Shown here: piece by piece, positions 36,654 to 36,770 of the stretch
Layout of the letters: each line of letters begins with the position of its first letter
How positions within the stretch are numbered: the first letter of the stretch is position 1
Source: a virus
Lineage: Duplodnaviria > Caudoviricetes
Direction: 5' to 3' (one strand)
Length of the DNA: 36,770 bases
Virus record (IMG/VR): IMGVR_UViG_3300032257_000056
Coordinates: 1 to 36,770 of that record
Translations under genes and position numbers: made by a program
The notes under the pieces: generated by a model
The model's database searches: none
The model's input: the letters and a program-made list of their open reading frames with translations, nothing else
What the model was told of the DNA's origin: nothing

Positions 36654-36668
36654 TAACATCCCCCCACA

Positions 36669-36673
36669 CTTCG
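36669..36673 (+). repeat. 5-bp target-site duplication, right copy (CTTCG)
   Basis: Directly follows the terminal ACA; identical to 118-122. Confidence 0.93.
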
Positions 36674-36770
36674 GGCTCCTGCCCTACACCTTACAGGTTA
36701 TGCTTCGCATATTGAAGATCTCTCCAGAAGATCTTCTCGGGTATGACCGTATGATGTAGATGTTATCTTT

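Larger units (their letters stand above)
123..36668. mobile_element. Complete Mu-like transposable prophage (contractile tail), 36,546 bp
   Basis: Begins TGT (123) and ends ACA (36668). Both ends place ATGAGA exactly 18 bp inside the terminus, and both are flanked by CTTCG. Encodes DDE transposase, AAA ATPase and Mu-like head, tail and lysis genes. Confidence 0.96.

Noticed and set aside
36669-36770. Identity of the host target locus, including a possible attC-like GTTATGC
   Set aside because: The flanks are too short, and no recognisable gene or complete paired site can be rebuilt across the empty site.

Overview
The window holds one apparently complete Mu-like transposable prophage (123-36668, 36,546 bp). 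It has TGT...ACA termini, a 5-bp target-site duplication (CTTCG) and repeated transposase-binding motifs (GAAATGAGAYA) at both ends, plus about 100-120 bp of host flank on each side. It encodes a contractile tail, a DDE transposase and MuB-like ATPase, an XRE repressor with Ner, GemA, a Mor/C-family activator, GH108 endolysin and holin, terminase, portal, F, a protease/scaffold, capsid and a terminal Dam-like methyltransferase. The architecture is unusual: relative to Mu the whole repressor-to-F half is inverted. The genome is therefore two near-equal divergent arms, with the head genes split between them and the non-coding region upstream of the protease gene (where Mu has its strong gyrase site) at the exact midpoint. 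Other notable features: twin dyad late promoters that appear to give leaderless mRNAs; tandem co-varying palindromes ahead of a DUF3102-like gene and a transposase that seems to lack the enhancer-binding domain; a structured antisense RNA or translational switch before the methylase; a conserved -2 tail-chaperone frameshift; a nested beta-helix/polysaccharide-deacetylase protein in the head operon; and 11-bp-phased TTAA arrays. All family assignments come from motif recognition and gene order; no searches were run.
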